NCBI RefSeq assembly: GCF_963921235.1
Contig: NC_086097.1
Span: forward strand, 82,648,001 to 82,712,000
Length of the DNA: 64,000 bases
Origin: Mobula hypostoma
Taxonomy: Eukaryota
Direction of reading: 5' to 3'
The notes under the pieces are model-generated. The model ran no database searches. It saw only the letters and a list, made by a program, of their open reading frames with translations, and was not told the DNA's origin. Below, piece by piece: positions 61,480 through 64,000 of this stretch. Numbering within the stretch: the stretch's first letter is position 1; each line of letters opens with the position of its first letter. Made by a program: the position numbers and the translations under genes.

Positions 61480-64000
61480 TAGGATGTAGGAAGGCAGGGA
61501 AACTTCTAGTGTCCCTGATGACTTCACTCTGTGAGAAGGATTTGGAACTGTAAATGGATGAACTCCAAGTCATTTGGGAGGCTGAGGGAGTAATGGATAG
61601 AGAGAGAGAGGTAATTACACCCAAATTGCAGGACGCATGAGACTGCGTGACAGTCAGGAAGGGGAAAAGAGCTAAACAGCCATGCAGTGTACCCTTGTAG
61701 CTATTCTCCTCAACAACAGGTGTACCATTTTGGATACTGTTGAGAGGGGATGATCGAGCAGAGAAAGGTCACAGTGGTCTGGTCTCTGGCACTGAGTCTG
61801 GCTCTGTGACTCAGAAGGGAAGGGGGGGGAAGAAGAGGCAAGCTCTAGTGAAGGGGGATTCATTAGTTAGGGGAACAGAAAAGAAGTTCTGTGGATGATT
61901 TTTAACTTTACACATAATGTGGGACTCCCATACTGTAAAAGGATTAGATGGGATAGAGATTGTCAAATGTGTTCAGGAAAGTTTCTTTAATCAGTTCATA
62001 GAAGTCCCAATGACAGAGTGTGCAATGCTTGATCTGCTATTAAGGAATGAGACAGGGCAGGTGACAGAAGTTTGTGTAGGGGAACATTTTGCATCCAGTG
62101 ATCATAATGCCATTAGTTTCAAAGTAAAAATGGAAAAAGATAGGTCTGGTCTGTGGGTTGAGATTCTAAGTCGGAGAAAGGCCAATTTTGATGGTATAAA
62201 AATGATCTGGCAAATGTGGATTAGGACAGGCTGCTTTCTGGCAAAGGTGTACTTTGTAAGTGAGAGGCTTTCAAAAGTGAAATTTTGAGAGTACAAAGCT
62301 TGTATGTGTCAGTCAGAATAATAGGTAAAGATAACAGGTTTAGGGAACCTTAGTTTTCAAGAGATATTGAGGCCCTGGTTAAGGGAAAAAATATGCATAG
62401 CAAGTATAGGCAGGAAGGGACAAATGAGGTACTTATGGAGTATAAGAAATACAAGATAATACTTGAGAAATAAATCAGGAGGGGTAAGAGAAGGTATGAG
62501 GTTGCCTTAACAGACAAGGTGAAGGAGAATCCTAAGGGACGCTATAGATATTTTAAGAGCAAAAGGATTGCAAGGGACAAAATTGGTCCTCTAGAAGATC
62601 AAAATGTTAATCTATGCATGGAGCCAAAAGAGATGGGGGAGGTCTTAAAATGGATTTTTGGTATCTGTATTTACTCAGGAGATGCACATAGAGTCTACAG
62701 TAATGAGGCCAAGCAGGAGCGAGGTCATGGACCCTATTCAGATCACAGAGCAGGAGGCGTTTGCTGTCTCGAGGCAAATTAGGGAAGATAAGTCCTCAGG
62801 ATGTTCCCTTGGACACTGAGAAGCAAGTGCAGAAATTGCAGACGCCTCAGCAGAGATATTAGCCGTGGGTGAGGTACAGGAGGATTGAAGAATAGCTAAT
62901 GTTTAAAAAGGCTCTAAGAATAAGCCAGAAAATTATAGGCCAGAGAACTTGACATCAGTAGTGGGAATGTTATTGGAAGACATTCTGAGGAACCGGATAT
63001 ATGAATATTTGGAGGGACATGGACTCATTAGGAATAGTCAGCATGGCTTTAAGCATGATAGGTCATGTCTAACCAATCTTATAGAGTTCATTGAGGAAGT
63101 TACCAGAAAAGCTGATGAAGGCAAGGCAGTGGATATTGTCTAGATGCACTTTAGCAAGGCATTTGACAAGGTCCTGCATGGGAGGTTGGTCAAGAAGGTT
63201 CAATCACTCGGCATTCAAGATGAGGTAATAAATTGAATTAGGCATTGGCTTTGTGGGAGAAGCCAGAGAGTGGTAGTAGATGGCTGCCTCTCTGACTGGA
63301 GGCCTGAGACTAGTGGAGTACCACAGGGATTGGTGCTGGGTCCGTTGTTGTTTGTCTATCGTCTATCAGGGGTAGGCAACCTTAAGCACAAATGATTTTC
63401 TTGCATGCATTATTCATTAATTTGAGGCAAAACATAACTAGATGTATTTAAATGGCTAATTCCCATATTTCAAGTTTTTTTAATGGCATTTATCTGGCCC
63501 ACCATCCACTCAATAGTACGCGATCCGGCTCACAGAGGCAAAAAGGTTGCCAACCCCTGGTCTATATCATCTGGATGATGTGATTAACTAGATCAGCGAG
63601 TTTGTAGATGCCACCAAGATTAGGTGTGTGGTGGACAGCAAGGAAGACTATCAGAGCTTGCAGCGGGATCTGGACAGCTGGGAAAATTGGACTGAAAATG
63701 CAGATAGAATTTAGTGCAGACAAGAGTGAGGTGTTGTACTTTGGTAGGAGCAGACAGAGGTAGGTCTTACACAGGACATGAGCAGTGTGGTAGAACACAG
63801 GCATCCGGGCCACAGAGCCATAATTCATTACAAGTGGTGACATAGGTAGATAGAATCGTAAAGAAAGCTTTTGGCACATTAGCCTTCATAAATCAATGTA
63901 TTGAGTAGAGGAGATGGGATGTTGAGTTGAAGTTGTATAAGACACTGGTGAGGCCTAATATGGAGTATTGTGTGTAGTTTTGGTCACCTACCTACTGGAC
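61480..64000 (+). mobile_element. Decayed CR1 (ORF1 start, internal deletion near 61900, ORF2), running off the window
   Basis: GDSLVRG near 61855; VQESFFNQ, SSDHNAISF, SQHGFK..SCLTNLIEF and later RT blocks. Confidence 0.9.
63367..63559. mobile_element. hAT-type MITE nested in CR1
   Basis: TIRs CAGGGGTAGGCAACC and GGTTGCCAACCCCTG (14/15 match); GTCTAT duplicated on both flanks. Confidence 0.82.

Overview
A eukaryotic, AT-rich, repeat-dense window that looks intronic or intergenic. The repeat mix suggests a cartilaginous fish, probably a ray; this is inferred from repeat families only. About half the window is transposable-element debris: many CR1 LINEs (SGNH ORF1 plus APE/RT ORF2, none intact), Rex1/Babar LINEs, V-SINE and DeuSINE-like SINEs, tRNA-derived SINEs, two probable solo LTRs, and DNA transposon relics (mariner, Tigger-like, hAT, Chapaev-like, Harbinger). 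No complete host gene was found; one candidate first coding exon lies at 24026-24093. The most notable structure is a set of three fold-back (palindromic) Penelope-like insertions with 14-15 bp target-site duplications. Two carry an intact minimal hammerhead ribozyme motif, and one is a perfect 99-bp hairpin. Also notable are a five-TIR mariner fold-back element and a 22-bp micro-inversion in the youngest CR1. Family names come from recognising motifs by eye, and most repeat boundaries are approximate.
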